Origin: Tubiluchus corallicola
Taxonomy: Eukaryota; Animalia; Priapulida
NCBI GenBank assembly: GCA_030141605.1
Contig: JAQGDQ010000002.1
Span: 2,294,001 to 2,358,000 of the forward strand
Length of the DNA stretch: 64,000 bases
Direction of reading: 5' to 3'
Below are positions 13,001-25,098 of the stretch, in pieces. The notes beneath the pieces are model-generated. The model did no database searches, was not told where the DNA came from, and was given only the letters and a program-made list of their open reading frames with translations. Position 1 is the stretch's first letter; each line of letters begins with the position of its first letter. Both the position numbers and the translations under genes were made by a program.

Positions 13001-16000
13001 AATTAAGCATTTCCAGTGCTAGATTACCTACACTAGGGCAAGTCTCACTCATTAGATTAATTTTTTATTTTGATTAATTTTGAGCCAGAAATTTCCATGG
13101 GTTATTAAAAAAGACTGAATATTGAATCAGCAGACAGATAGAAGGTTTTAATATCCACAATAAGAAAGAAGGACAGCAATGTGACAAACATAGTTCAAAA
13201 ATAGAATAATTTTGTAACACACTAATAACAGTTAAAACAATTTTAACATATACTCATTCATTATATTTAAAGGCAAAGTAACAGATAAACCACCAAAAAC
13301 ACTCACTAGATGGTGATGGTGGAAAGTTAGCTTTTCTGGAAGTGCATGCGAACCTTCTAAACACACAGACAGGAAATGTAGCAATCTTGGCCACCAAAAT
13401 TACTAAAAAACTTAAATGGAATGCCGCATACTTACTGATCCTCTGTAAAATTGAAAACTAAATATTTTGCTGTTAAGTTTTGATATTTGTTGTGCTGGAA
13501 TTTTATAAAAAATTGTCATTATTGATACTTTTAATTTGCTTTAATGGTCAACACACTTTTAATTTGCCTTAATGGTCAACACATCATGTTGTCTTGGCAT
13601 TGCCATTATTACAACAGTAAGTCAGTTAAGTTTTTATTGGTCAAGTTAACTGCTCAGTAAGGACATCTATTGGTAAATAACATTCTCTGCAAACACCCTA
13701 TTGTTATCCAAGAAATGGTTCGGCACTAAGAAGTTATGAGGAAGACAACAAGTAGCAGAAGACACATGAACAAAAAATACCTTGTCTTTGTTGCGAAGGT
13801 ATGATGCCATTTGCAAGCCAATTTCAGCACCCATTGAGGTGCCGATAACCCCAATGCCATGTGATATCACATTTGGATGGTTACATAGTACTTCAATTGC
13901 TTCCTAAAAATGGAGATTTCGCAGCGGTGAGGCAGCTATGCATGCTTATATACACACAAAGTGACACCTAAGACACTGAGGCATTTAAATGGTCTTTTAC
14001 AAATGAAGTTTATTTCATCAAATTTTGTATAGTTGTAGCTTTTGTATAGGCACATATTTGACAGGTGCCAAAACACACTATAAGTTTTGTACATGTCAGT
14101 TTCGAACTCAAGTTACTGCACAAAAAGCTAAGTTTTAACACAACAACTTCGCAAGAGCATGATAACTTCATAATTATATGATTAAAACTGATGCTACACA
14201 GACAATTTATACATAGCTGACTGCCTATTAAAAAGTGAATTTTGTTTAGAATCAAGAAAATGGTATTTCTCAGGTAAAAAACACACAATTTATAAAAACA
14301 ATTCTGATTTGGGGCACTGTGTAATATAAGTGAGATATTATGAGCTGCAGATGCTTGATTGTGTTAGTAGCGCGTTGAGATGTTTTGGCGTTGCAAGTGA
14401 TGACTGAATTATTAATAATATCCAATTGCCCAAAATTTGTAAAAATAAATGCAGTGCTTTTAAAAGCTGCTAAGCTGAGCAATTTCACTAAAAATTTTAA
14501 AATAATTATGAGAGCTAAATACTATTTAACTGCAAACGAAATTTAAATTAACTCAGAAATTAAATGCAACAGCTGCCAGATGCCAGTCTGCATATACACG
14601 AGGTAATAGACTGACAAACTAATAGTCTCGTCAGCAATAAAACATGCATACACGAATGTTCTCTTGCTAAGTCGTACTAAGCACGATAAATGGAAACATA
14701 AGCTAACCTCAAAATACTCCAGGTCAACTTGTACTACAGCTGGTAGATCTTCATAGTTTATATAAGGAAGACACAAGGTAGCAAATCCTCTCGATGCAAG
14801 AAGTGCTGACCTGCACTCAAATATTCCACCTGCAGATCCATACATGTCAATAATGCCAGGAAAAGGTCCAGAACCTACAAAGCCAAAGGCTCTTTTACAA
14901 CTTACAGCTACAAAAATCTTAGCAAAAGGTAACCCAATTTTTAAAATGTATTTTCAGGCAAAAATTAAGTATCAAATACATGCAAACAAAATTGATCATA
15001 TGCATACATTTGCAAAATAGTTTATGGTTAATAAATAGGCTTGCACATTATTTTTTAAACAATGAAAAACCGAGCTGAGCAGAAAATAAGAAACCCACAT
15101 TTTACGGGTCCTCTAAGTGATGAAAAAATGAAGAATGGGTAGGATTTCAACCAAAAACAAAAAAATACGGTTCGTCTGTTACTATTAATCAGCAAATATA
15201 AGCTGAGGCAAAGTTTGTGCTAAGTTTTAACTCCTGTTTTCAGTTGAAAGCAATTGTCTCATAAATTACAAAAAAATTAGAATTTGTTGTACCAGCATTC
15301 AAAACAATACTAGTTTCATTATATGGACAAATTTATCATAATAATTATAAACCTAATGAAAAATATATTATACGTTGCTAGCAAAACCAAAACACCAGTC
15401 AAATTTATTAAAAATATAAAATTTACCAGCTGCAAACCAACAAATAAATGGTATTGCAGCATTAGTTAAGAAACTAATATTTCTGATATAAAATTCACCA
15501 GGTGGCAGATAAAGTTTTCCTCTCACTGCACCATTTCGAATGATCTCTACTGTGACCCCTTCTGCCCTGTACCACCTGTTTAAAGGTTTCACTGCCAATG
15601 GAGTTACATCTAATTGCAGAACCTCAGCAGCCTCCAAAAACCCATTATATGCGAACAGTTTATACGGAAGAGGTTCACTTGTGTCTTTTTTCAATAATCG
15701 CATTCCCTCCCTTTCTCCAGGAAGCACATTTAGTGACCAAAACAGACCCATAGGCATTTTTCCTGAAAATTACACCTATGTTATGATTGTTTATTTTAAC
15801 GGTATCTGAAAAATACAGTGGTCACAAAATTTATGACTGAATATAGTACAAATAGAAAAAACACTTCCATAGATACTTTGATATACAGAAATTCAATTAA
15901 AATTTTTATTTTATCAGACACAAAGGAAAAGGAGCAATTTTACATGACATTTTATTCAATTGGCTTTATAAAGTGCTACAACAATTATGTGATTTTGTGA

Positions 16001-17890
16001 CAACTATAACAACTACAAAAAAGACTTTTTCAAACACGGTTGTCTTCTTATTACCTAAAACTCGAAAATTCTTTTTTTTAAATTTTTCTATGTGCTTTGT
16101 ACACAATTAAAAAAACTTTTCAACTGAATTTTTAGTATGCAAATACATTTCATAGTCAAACATAATTATCGCTGAATACTGTACAAAAAACATGGGCTTT
16201 GTTTACTTGTTACTTTATTATAAGTGGAACAGACAAATAAGGAAAATAAATTAGATTGTACAAGTTGAATCAATGTGGCTATGATCAGATTTCATAATTT
16301 CTCAAGAGATTTCTGTACGGGAAAAGTAGAAACTGTTTTGGAATAGTCAAACAAATATATTTTAACTTCAGAGAATTTAACTAGGTCCCTCAACAAGGCA
16401 TTTGCAACAAGTCATAGTATTGTCCAGATTTGCATTCAGAGATACAGTATTACAGAACACTGTACTGCCAAAGTTCTCATTAAGCAAGAGCGATCACAAC
16501 ATTTAGCTTAGCATTGGGCTGTTGACACGTCATTAGATTATTAGTCACTTGTCACAAGAATGTGTTATTAAGTTGTTCTAACATACAAATAATCAAGGTT
16601 GGATTACTTCAGAATATCTCAGCTAACACTAGAGAAACACACATTTGAACACGCAAGCATACACCCATACATATATAATAGACCATATTGTCAGCTAAGC
16701 CAGGATTTGGCGGGGTTCGCAACTTCGGCGGCGCGGGTGATTGCTATTGTTGTCAAACGGTTGTCGGCTTCGGTAAAGATTTTTAAAATGTTTAAAGTTT
16801 GTCGCCCGAGTCACAAAATTTGCCAAAACTTTGTAAAACTCGTAGAGTTGTCTGAACATGTGCCAAATATGAGAAAAATTTATTTGTGATGTTATTCAAC
16901 AATTTCACAATACTTAAAAATTTGGAGAGCAATTTGAGATGACTTTGCAAATATTTTTCATCATCTTGGATTTTAGAGAACAATGGTTGTCCAGCATTTA
17001 TTTCTTCTAAAATTCGTGATCAAGATCACAATATACTCAAGCGAACATCAGGCAACATTCGCCCTGTTGCATAAGTAACGCTGAAATCGCCAAATGTGTG
17101 CAAAAATTCTCACAATTTTCGTGGAGAAAAAAATCTCGAAATTCGTAGAAATGGAACAAAAATCGGTCGAAATTATTTTGAAGTTTGGACAAATGATTAG
17201 CGGTAATTTTTTGGTGACTGCTGTCATAAAAAGTCGCGGCCCAGGGAAACCCTAGCTTTGTCACTTTTACTTCTTCTTTTCTTTAATTAACTCTTTACCT
17301 AACATGCTCCCAGATTAAAAAATCTTCTATATGTAAATTCAGACTTACCCACATATGATCCACCCAGTGACTTATGCTCAAACAGGTTGACCACTCCCTC
17401 ATTTGTTGCTTGGAAATGTCCACATGATGCCCAGCCCCTTTTGTCTTCCACTACATGAGTTGCTACAGTAATTTTTTGATCTAAACAATCACATTTAAAT
17501 CAGTTATTGGCATCACTAGTTTTATAAATTTACCTTTCACAGATATTTAAAGCTGTTTTATCCAAATTAGTTTACTAATTAATTTCATTAAAACTTTGTG
17601 CAAACTGATCGTAATTACGCCTAAGGCATTCATGGAATGCTAAAAGTATTTCAATAAAAACATGTGTAATTTACCCATAACAAGATATAAAGAATGCAAC
17701 TATCCTTAGCTTTTACTTGCAAATACAGCAAAATGGTACAATATCCACTATGACACAATAATTAGTCTATAAATAACTTAAAAAAAGTATAAATTAATAG
17801 GCTGATACCTGGAAGCAGTCCTGTCACAACAATTTTAATAACCTCATCAACAAAAGGTGTACTTGGTGACACTTGGATAGACACAACCAT
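7058..17890 (-). CDS. Type-I acyl-CoA thioesterase / bile acid-CoA:amino acid N-acyltransferase family protein, copy B (423 aa, C-terminal PTS1 SKL)
   Basis: Nine coding exons, all GT-AG and phase-consistent: 17809-17890, 17349-17480, 15499-15762, 14708-14874, 13781-13903, 11787-11866, 10499-10583, 8394-8598, 7058-7191 (1272 nt). Motifs [17 protein letters not shown], nucleophile GTSMG (S238), GADD (D327), AGH (H361), [12 protein letters not shown]; ends ANSKL*. Confidence 0.93.
10715..11655. mobile_element. Non-autonomous Tc1/mariner (pogo/Tigger-like) DNA transposon in ACOT copy B intron 6
   Basis: ~26-bp imperfect TIRs (CAGTAGGCGCCGCTTAATAGACTCAC vs reverse complement CAGTAGGTGCTACGTAATTGACTCAC), TA on both flanks, subterminal TAATTGACTCAA-type repeats. 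Confidence 0.85.
16699..17256. mobile_element. hAT-like MITE, diverged copy 1 (same family as 60815-61346)
   Basis: Ends GCCAGGATTT...GAAACCCTAGC. Colinear similarity with 60815-61346 (TTGCCAAAACT, TTGTCTGAACAT, AAATTTGGA..ATTTGAGATGA, TTTTGGTGACTG). No clear TSD. Confidence 0.65.
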
Positions 17891-18099
17891 TATGAAATTC
17901 CTTTATATAAACAACCTGTAAAAAAACCAACAAAATAAAAAGTTGAAGTAATTCCCAGCTTCTGATTTCTTATTAATTTGGCACCATGTTATTCTAAAAC
18001 TAAAGGTGCTTCACATACATTTCAATTGCAAGAAAATGCTGATGAAGTTGTTATCATAGAACCCACTCCTGCTGCGAAAAAGTTCAACAGCTACTTGTT

Positions 18100-18890
18100 G
18101 TTGTTCAACAGCTAGCATGTTCCACATTGAAAATACATACAATATACCTAATTTGGTTTCCTATATGGAAGCTAGAACTTGTTTACTTTTTGCCAAATAA
18201 GATTGCGCATGTTTTGCACAATTAAAAATCGATTCCTCACCTGGATTTGAAGTCAAGCTTAGTTCTTTCTAAATGCTGCTTTGCTCTCGTTGACCCACTC
18301 TCACAGTGATTCACTAAATCATTTCACTTAAATGCGCTTCCAGCTGATTGGTCAGTAGCAATTGTACGACCTATTCACAAGAAAGGTTCGTTCCTTAACC
18401 CTGCAAATCAGGACAATCAGCAGGACTTCTTCCTGTTGCAAAGTCATGGAAACCGTCTTCAAAACAGAAATTATGGATGTTGCCAGTGCTAATGATTTTA
18501 TCTCACCATCGCAATATGGCTTTAGAAGTAAAAGATCAACAATACTTCTACTCCTAGACTTGATGAATGAGCTGACCCAGCATCTAGACAATGGACTGCC
18601 TGCTGGTGATGTACTTTTAGACTTTGCAAGGCCTTTGATGTTGATTCCTACTTATGTATCAGTCTCTAATATGCTCAGAACTTGAGTATGCCTGTCAAGT
18701 TTGGTCGCCTCACTATCAACAAGATATTGATCTTTTGGAAAATGTCCAGTGCCGTGCCACATGCTTAGTCTATGGATTATCCCAGTTTAGGTATAATGAG
18801 TGGCTTTTTATGTTGTCTCTTCTGCCTGTTTACGTTAGGCGTCAACGAGCTGACTTGATTCTTCCTTACCAGTTGCTTACCACTTACGAA
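18100..18890 (+). mobile_element. Decayed CR1-type LINE ORF2 (reverse transcriptase) fragment with a large internal deletion
   Basis: SQYGFRSKRST..LLDLMNELTQHLDNG..DVLLDFA(K)AFD (RT motifs) is joined almost directly to LEYACQVWSPHYQQDIDLLENVQ..AT..RRQRADLI (CR1 C-terminal domain). Frameshifted. Confidence 0.85.
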
Positions 18891-19289
18891 GCCACAAGTA
18901 CGACTCAATGTGCATTTGTACAGTTTTGCATGTGGAGTAATAAATGTATGAAACTCTTTGCTATCAAAAGTTGTAATTGCCCATAACTTAACTACTTTTA
19001 AAACTCGCCTTCATAGCCATCTCTACCAAAACTTGTAATGTTTTTTTTATAGTTTTGTACTTTCTGTTGATTGTTATTGTCATAGGTTTGAAAAGTTTAG
19101 TATTAATGTTTACGCTTATATTATTGTGCTGTATGATATGCTGCACTATGTTGTCCACTTCATATGGAGAATATTTTGGGTAATTTAAACTATTGTATTT
19201 TGTTGTAATTCTTGATTATCAGTCAAGCTACAATTATCCTTAAATAATAACTATAGTAATAATAACAATAATAACAATAATAATAATAA

Positions 19290-19960
19290 TCTTGGAATAA
19301 ATGTATCATAAAACCTAAAATTTAGAACACGTGCTAAAATTTGTCTAAGAGCAAACAGGATAACCAATATGATTTTTAGAATTTTTTCTGTTGGCAACAA
19401 ACAAACTTTATTGAAAGCTTATAAAATATATGTCAGACCATTGGTAGAATATTATTCTCCAGTGTGGAGTCCTTACCTGCTTGGTGATTTAGATGTTGTA
19501 GAAAATGTTCAGCGTTACTTTACAAAACGCCTTTGTAACAGATATGGAATTAATTATGAATCATATTCACACAGACTACAAATTTTGAGTCTTAAATCAT
19601 TACAAGAAAGGTATATAATTTCTGATTTGTGCATGTGTTACAAGATTATGCATAAGGATATTGATTAAAACAGGGAACCATTTTTTTACCAAAGTTTTAA
19701 ATAATAAAACTAAGAGTAATTACTTATTAAAACTTTATTGTAAGGCATACATGTAAGACACATTTTCATGAATTTTTTTCAAATGGCGTTGTTCAAATAT
19801 GGAACTCCTCGACTGCTTCTGTAAATGAATCGCCATTAGTTACTCTGGAAATGTTAAGTTATTTCGCAAAAGATTTAACAAGATTCCTTAAATTAGATAG
19901 ACAGGTGTAAGTAGCTTTGCTTTGTCTGTCCTGCACATCTTAATAAATGTTAATTAAAGA
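19290..19960 (+). mobile_element. Second CR1-type LINE 3' fragment
   Basis: ORF 19369-19668: AYKIYVRPLVEYYSPVWSPYLLGDLDVVENVQRYFTKRL...YSHRLQILSLKSLQER..DL..CYKI, then a degenerate IWNS motif and 3' UTR. Flanked by (AAT/AAC)n and (TAC/TAG)n simple repeats. Confidence 0.88.
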
Positions 19961-20169
19961 TGCTAGTAGTTGTACTGTATTTTCATTTTTTTAATAAATG
20001 TAGTTTTATGCACTAAGTAATACTACTACTAGTAGTAGTACTACTAGATGTGGATAAACTAAAAACTAATAGTAATACCAGCGAATAGACAGACACAATG
20101 TGGCAAAACAGACAGAGATGCACAGCACAAAAAGTGAGTGCAAAAACATTTAAACACTAACTTAAAATA

Positions 20170-20616
20170 AAAGTCAACAGCTTATCAGCACATAAGTCCA
20201 CTAACGTGCTCATTCTAGGTTTCGACCGTGTTTAGACAGAGGGTACCATATTGCTTCGGCAATACCCAAAATCTTTTACGTTGTCCATTCACTGTCACCG
20301 ATCTCTAATAGCAAAGAGTCATTCATAAATCTAGGCCATTCTCTAGAGCGCCTGCAAGCTTCAAATGCAAGGTATCATGTAAAGGTCTGATACCTACCAG
20401 AAAGCTCTGTTACCCTAACGTACTAACATATTTTACTCTCACTTAATTGTATATATTCACAGTGCTTACTAACCTTGTTAATTAATGTTAATTTGCTTGT
20501 TGATCTGTTTGTTTATTTGACGTGATCGTACCAGTACGAATAAAAGTGATATATATATATATATATATATATCACTTTTATTTTTATATAAAATATATAT
20601 AATATTATATATATAT
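20170..20616 (+). mobile_element. Possible third LINE 3' end terminating in AATAAA plus (TA)n
   Basis: Degenerate RAHSRF...RVPYC-like translation, then a T-rich UTR, AATAAA at ~20539 and a (TA)n tail at 20549-20616. Confidence 0.35.
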
Positions 20617-20619
20617 AAA

Positions 20620-22290
20620 CTGTGACATCCAACAAATAAAAGCTCTGTCACTGTAAATTTGCATTGGCGCTGTTATTTAAGTGCTACCATCCTGTCTAAC
20701 ATGTGATTTTGTACAGAATGTGTTGTATGTGTGGCTGAAGTAGTTAAATGAAAGTGTGACGAGGTTTTTAAAATAATTGAACAAGAACAATTAAAAACAA
20801 ACAAGGATCAAGTAGGAATCAAATCAGATGATGGTAAATTTGAAAAAAAATAAGCATAAATAGTGGTGAGGGAAAAGAAGTTGTTGGATAAAGAGGTTAG
20901 AGATTATAAGAGTAAAGTGGAAAAGTTAGAAAGGAATTTGGAAAAAAACAGAAGAGGGAACATTGAGGATAAAGGAGATGGCAGATCAATTAAAGACAAA
21001 TAAAAGAAAATTTGAGGACTGAAGTGAATAGGTGTGAGGAAAAAACTGGAAGGAAATACTTATTAATTTGAGAAAAGAAGAAATTGATTAGTTGCAGGTG
21101 AAGGTAAAGGAGGTTGAGAAAGAATTATTAATTTTGATTATAAGAAACGAATTGTGGTGAATGAAGAGCATATAGAACAGTTGAAGATAATTAATGTGGA
21201 ATTAAAAATAGATTTTTAAATAAAAAGAAAATATAAAGAGAAGAAAAATAGAACAACAAAGAAACTATTGAGAGTGAAGAAGAAAAAAGAAGCAACAAGA
21301 AAGTGATGGAGAAAGGAACAACAACGGATAATGTTAGAGAGAATGCGACTGAGTGGAGAAAGAGTTAAAAGATTAAAATATGCTGTTATTATCATAAGTG
21401 AATGAAGTGTTACTTTTGAAGTAAAATGTAGATTTAGGCATAATAAATTTTGGAGAAATGAAAGTATTCTGCAAATACTATAAGGAAGAAAAAAGATGTC
21501 CTTTTGGGGCAAAATGCAAATTTTTCCACAATGAGAAAAGGTTGCAGCAAAACTGGATAGCATGTAGAGGGAAAAGTGGTATGATGATAAGGTGGAGAAG
21601 ATATAGTGTAACAGATAGAAATTATTGGAGAGGTGAGACAGGTCCGAGGTATGATGATTTTGAAGATTGTGAATATCGATTGGAGAGTAATAAGAGGCAA
21701 AGGCATGAAGATGGACAGCCTAAGAGTCAATATAATATAAGGGAAGAAATTGGTTAGAGACGTGATGTTTTAATGAGAGATGGTGAATATTATGGATATA
21801 ACAGAAATGAACACAGTGACTTGAGGTTAGAAAATGAAAGAAAACACAATAGTAGATATTGGGGTGAAAATGGGATACGTAAGAGAATATGTAATGATGC
21901 ACATAAAGGTGATTTATGAGGTAAATAAACAGAGCGAAGTAGAAAGGGGTTGCAGATGCCAAAATGAGTTTGAAAATAAAGATGAGAGAGAATTGTACAT
22001 AGATAGGAAGAACAGTATTGAAATAGAAAACTTGAAACAGCAATTTGATTTTTGACAGGAAAAAGTGCACAATTTTGTAGTAAAGAGAATAATGAAATAT
22101 TAGAAATTACAAACGGAAAAATATTAGAAATTAAGAAAAAAGATTATAAAAGGATAAGAAGATAATTGAAAAATATAAGCAAAGAAATTATTATGGGATC
22201 TGTTAGCTGTAGAAGCTTGAAAAGAAAAGAAAGTAGTTTAAAGATAATAGTAAAAAAGAAGCAACTGATGATAATGTGTTTAGTAGACTT
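20620..22290 (+). mobile_element. Decayed 5' half of a non-LTR retrotransposon: E/K-rich coiled-coil ORF1-like region with tandem CCCH zinc fingers, then the start of an APE endonuclease
   Basis: Strongly purine-rich strand with many stops and frameshifts. Intact C-x8-C-x5-C-x3-H (CKYYKEEKRCPFGAKCKFFH, 21470-21529) and a broken finger at ~21384-21441. In-frame IIMGSVSCRSLKRKESSLKIIVKKKQLMIMCLVD at ~22187-22288 matches APE domains I-II. Confidence 0.65.
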
Positions 22291-24300
22291 AACACGAAGT
22301 ACGCATTCCTTCATTGTTGTATCGTTGTCTTTGTATTGTTAATGTTTTTAAGGAAACTGTTCGTATCCGTTGTTTTTTTTTATTAATTTTGTGATTCTTG
22401 AACTAACAAAAACCACAGTTCAACTCATATCTGCAATAATTTCCTCTTTTCACAAGCCACAGGTCAAGGCTATATATCATCAAGGAATATCAGATGCCAT
22501 TTGCATTATTCAAATTTTGTACTGTTGTTTGAAAGTGTTTTCCTTGAGCAGATACCTGGTATGCATGTGAACTTTACTCTATCTTGCATTTCCTCGTTTT
22601 TTCATTTTTTGTTCATTTTGAACATTCCTTCACTCCAAATTTAATCTGTTCATTTTTCTTCCCTTGCAGTAACAATGTAAAAAAACTGAAAAAGCTAAGC
22701 ATTATCATTAATAGAAACCACAAAAAGTTTATTATCACAAAATAGCAAACCGTAGCAACATCATTCCCTAATTACAGCATCATTCCTTGATTACAAGCTG
22801 CTGCTTCAAACCTGACAAAACAAACAAAAATAATAAAAACTGTAGTACCATATTTGTTTTTATAACTTTTTAGGACTCTAGAATTATAACTCTTCTCAGA
22901 ATACCAGCATCATATAGACTTTACATAAAAAAGAAAGACAATTATTATAGCACCATATAAATTACCCTAAGTGCACCATAAATACAGTAAAGACATTGTA
23001 CGTACATTCTATTAAACAGCTTGAGCTGATAAAGGTAAACTTGAAATTTAGCTGGTAACTAAGCTTACGATACCACTATTGTATCATTTCCATAAAGCTA
23101 CCAGTGTCGGATAGTGAAATACAAGGCCTCATGAACAAGAAACTCAGGTTCAGGCAGCAGGACAAGCCAATGGCTATAAAGATTAAAAGCTTTAAATTGC
23201 GTACCATGTATGAACTTGTACTAAAGTAACCCTAATCAATTGATCATACAATCTTCAGTCAACAATATGGAGACAGAGCAATTAAATAAACTGGATTCTG
23301 CAATTTGATTGCTATTGTATCACACAAAATGGGCTTGCTAGTTAAATTCAATAAATACATGTTTGTCCAATCCTTCCTGTGGTTTTAAATTAAATGAGAT
23401 TAAACTTATTAACACTGTAGCTTTTTCTCCATGCATTAAACATGGGATACAAAAATAATTAAAGGTGAAACCTTAACAATGGTCTATATTGATAATTAAA
23501 GAATATACACGATGATAAAAGTCATAAAAACACATTTGTTTTTTCTTTATTTGCTTTAAGCAGTAAACATCATCAGAACATTTAGAAATGATATTTAGGA
23601 ATTTAATTACTTGTCACAAGTGCAGCATTTTTGTATTATTAACAGAACATTTACAAGTAATGTCAAAAGGAATCTACCTTTGAAATTTTAACCGACTCAG
23701 TTTTCTGCTGAATGAAATAGGAGGTGATCAGCAAGTATATGTATTTTTCACTACTGCAGACGAACTGCAATAAATGTGGCATGCAAAAAACAACAGCTTA
23801 CTGTTATGGCAAGTTTCAGCTACATGAAACTACTACATTGGAGAAAAATCTGCAAGTACCTATCTAAAATGCTTTATTTACTGTATAAAACAGCATAAAA
23901 CATTTGATAAATTTACTCAAAATGCACAAGGCCCAAAAGCGATCTAATAAGAATATTTTCATATACTGACATAAAAATGTCACCATTATAAACTTAAGAA
24001 CCTTAATAGATCTGTTGGCTGTTTTTGCCTGCAAATATTCACTATGACAAATTAAAGAATATTGTGTGACAACTGAAATTTCTCAATGGCCTGCAAATTA
24101 ATCAGGTGCAACAATGAACTTGTAATTGCATTATTTGCAGTTGCACAAGAACAGTAAAATAGTGTATAAGATAAGCGAATAAAACACAGGATGTTTTATC
24201 TGATTTTTAACAGAAAAAAGTACTCTCTTAACAACACAAATATTTTGTTAACAAAAATTGTGCTATCACAGTTCCATATACCACAATTATTAGATTAAGT

Positions 24301-24327
24301 AGCAGAGCAGCAGCAGCAGCAGCAGCA
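24301..24327. repeat. (CAG)n microsatellite
   Basis: Read directly. Confidence 0.85.
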
Positions 24328-24614
24328 TAGTCACAAAGTTCAATCCTGAAATATTAAATGTGTGTTTAGTGAAAGAAAAAATATTAAATTCTCAAAAAAA
24401 AACAGATTATGCAACTGTTGTCCCTAACAGTGAGACAAGTATGTTGCTTGAGCAATATTCAGCATAGCAAGTATTTGTTAGTCAAGATTAAATTTTTAAA
24501 AAAGCCTGAAGAACAATTAAATAATGCATATGAGGCACCTTATGAAAATCAAAGTCGTTCTTTTCTAAATTAACATTGCAAACTGTGCATTCAATGGTCT
24601 AGCCCACTCAATAC

Positions 24615-24705
24615 AATGGCTGTGGCGTGGCCTGAACCTGGTTCATTTGCAAGGTTGCCCTGTACAGCAGAAGTGCCTCAGCCACAGAGTTACACCCTCC
24701 CTCTA
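24615..24705 (-). mobile_element. Possible tRNA-derived SINE head
   Basis: Minus strand GGGTGTAACTCTGTGGCTGAGGCAC (A-box/D-arm-like) followed ~30 nt later by CCAGGTTCAGGCC (B-box-like). Does not fold into a full tRNA. Confidence 0.35.
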
Positions 24706-24974
24706 CAAGGTAAACAGCCAGGATCAGCAAGACACTGCTCAGACTGAGTATCAAACTGAAGTGGTCGCAAGCCATTTACAAGAAGCATACATATGAGATT
24801 ACTTGACTATAAATATTGCCATGCCTTACAAAAAGATATAGACCTAGGCACATGAGTACACATAAACAGTTACCAAACCATTGTCCATAAGAATTTATAA
24901 ATAGGCTAGGTTCACATGGTTTTAAATTTTCCAATAAATGAAAAATAAACCCACAGACCTGCAAATAACACCTT

Positions 24975-25036
24975 AGACAGAGAGACAGAGGGAGAGAGAG
25001 GGAGGGGGAGAGAGAGACAGAGACAGAGACAGAGAC

Positions 25037-25091
<55 letters not shown>

Positions 25092-25098
25092 GAGAGAA
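24975..25098. repeat. Compound (GA)n/(GAGACA)n microsatellite
   Basis: Read directly. Confidence 0.95.

Noticed and set aside
13527-13583. 28-bp tandem duplication (also short ones at ~22755-22797 and ~34370-34390)
   Set aside because: Ordinary slippage duplications in non-coding DNA with no sign of function.
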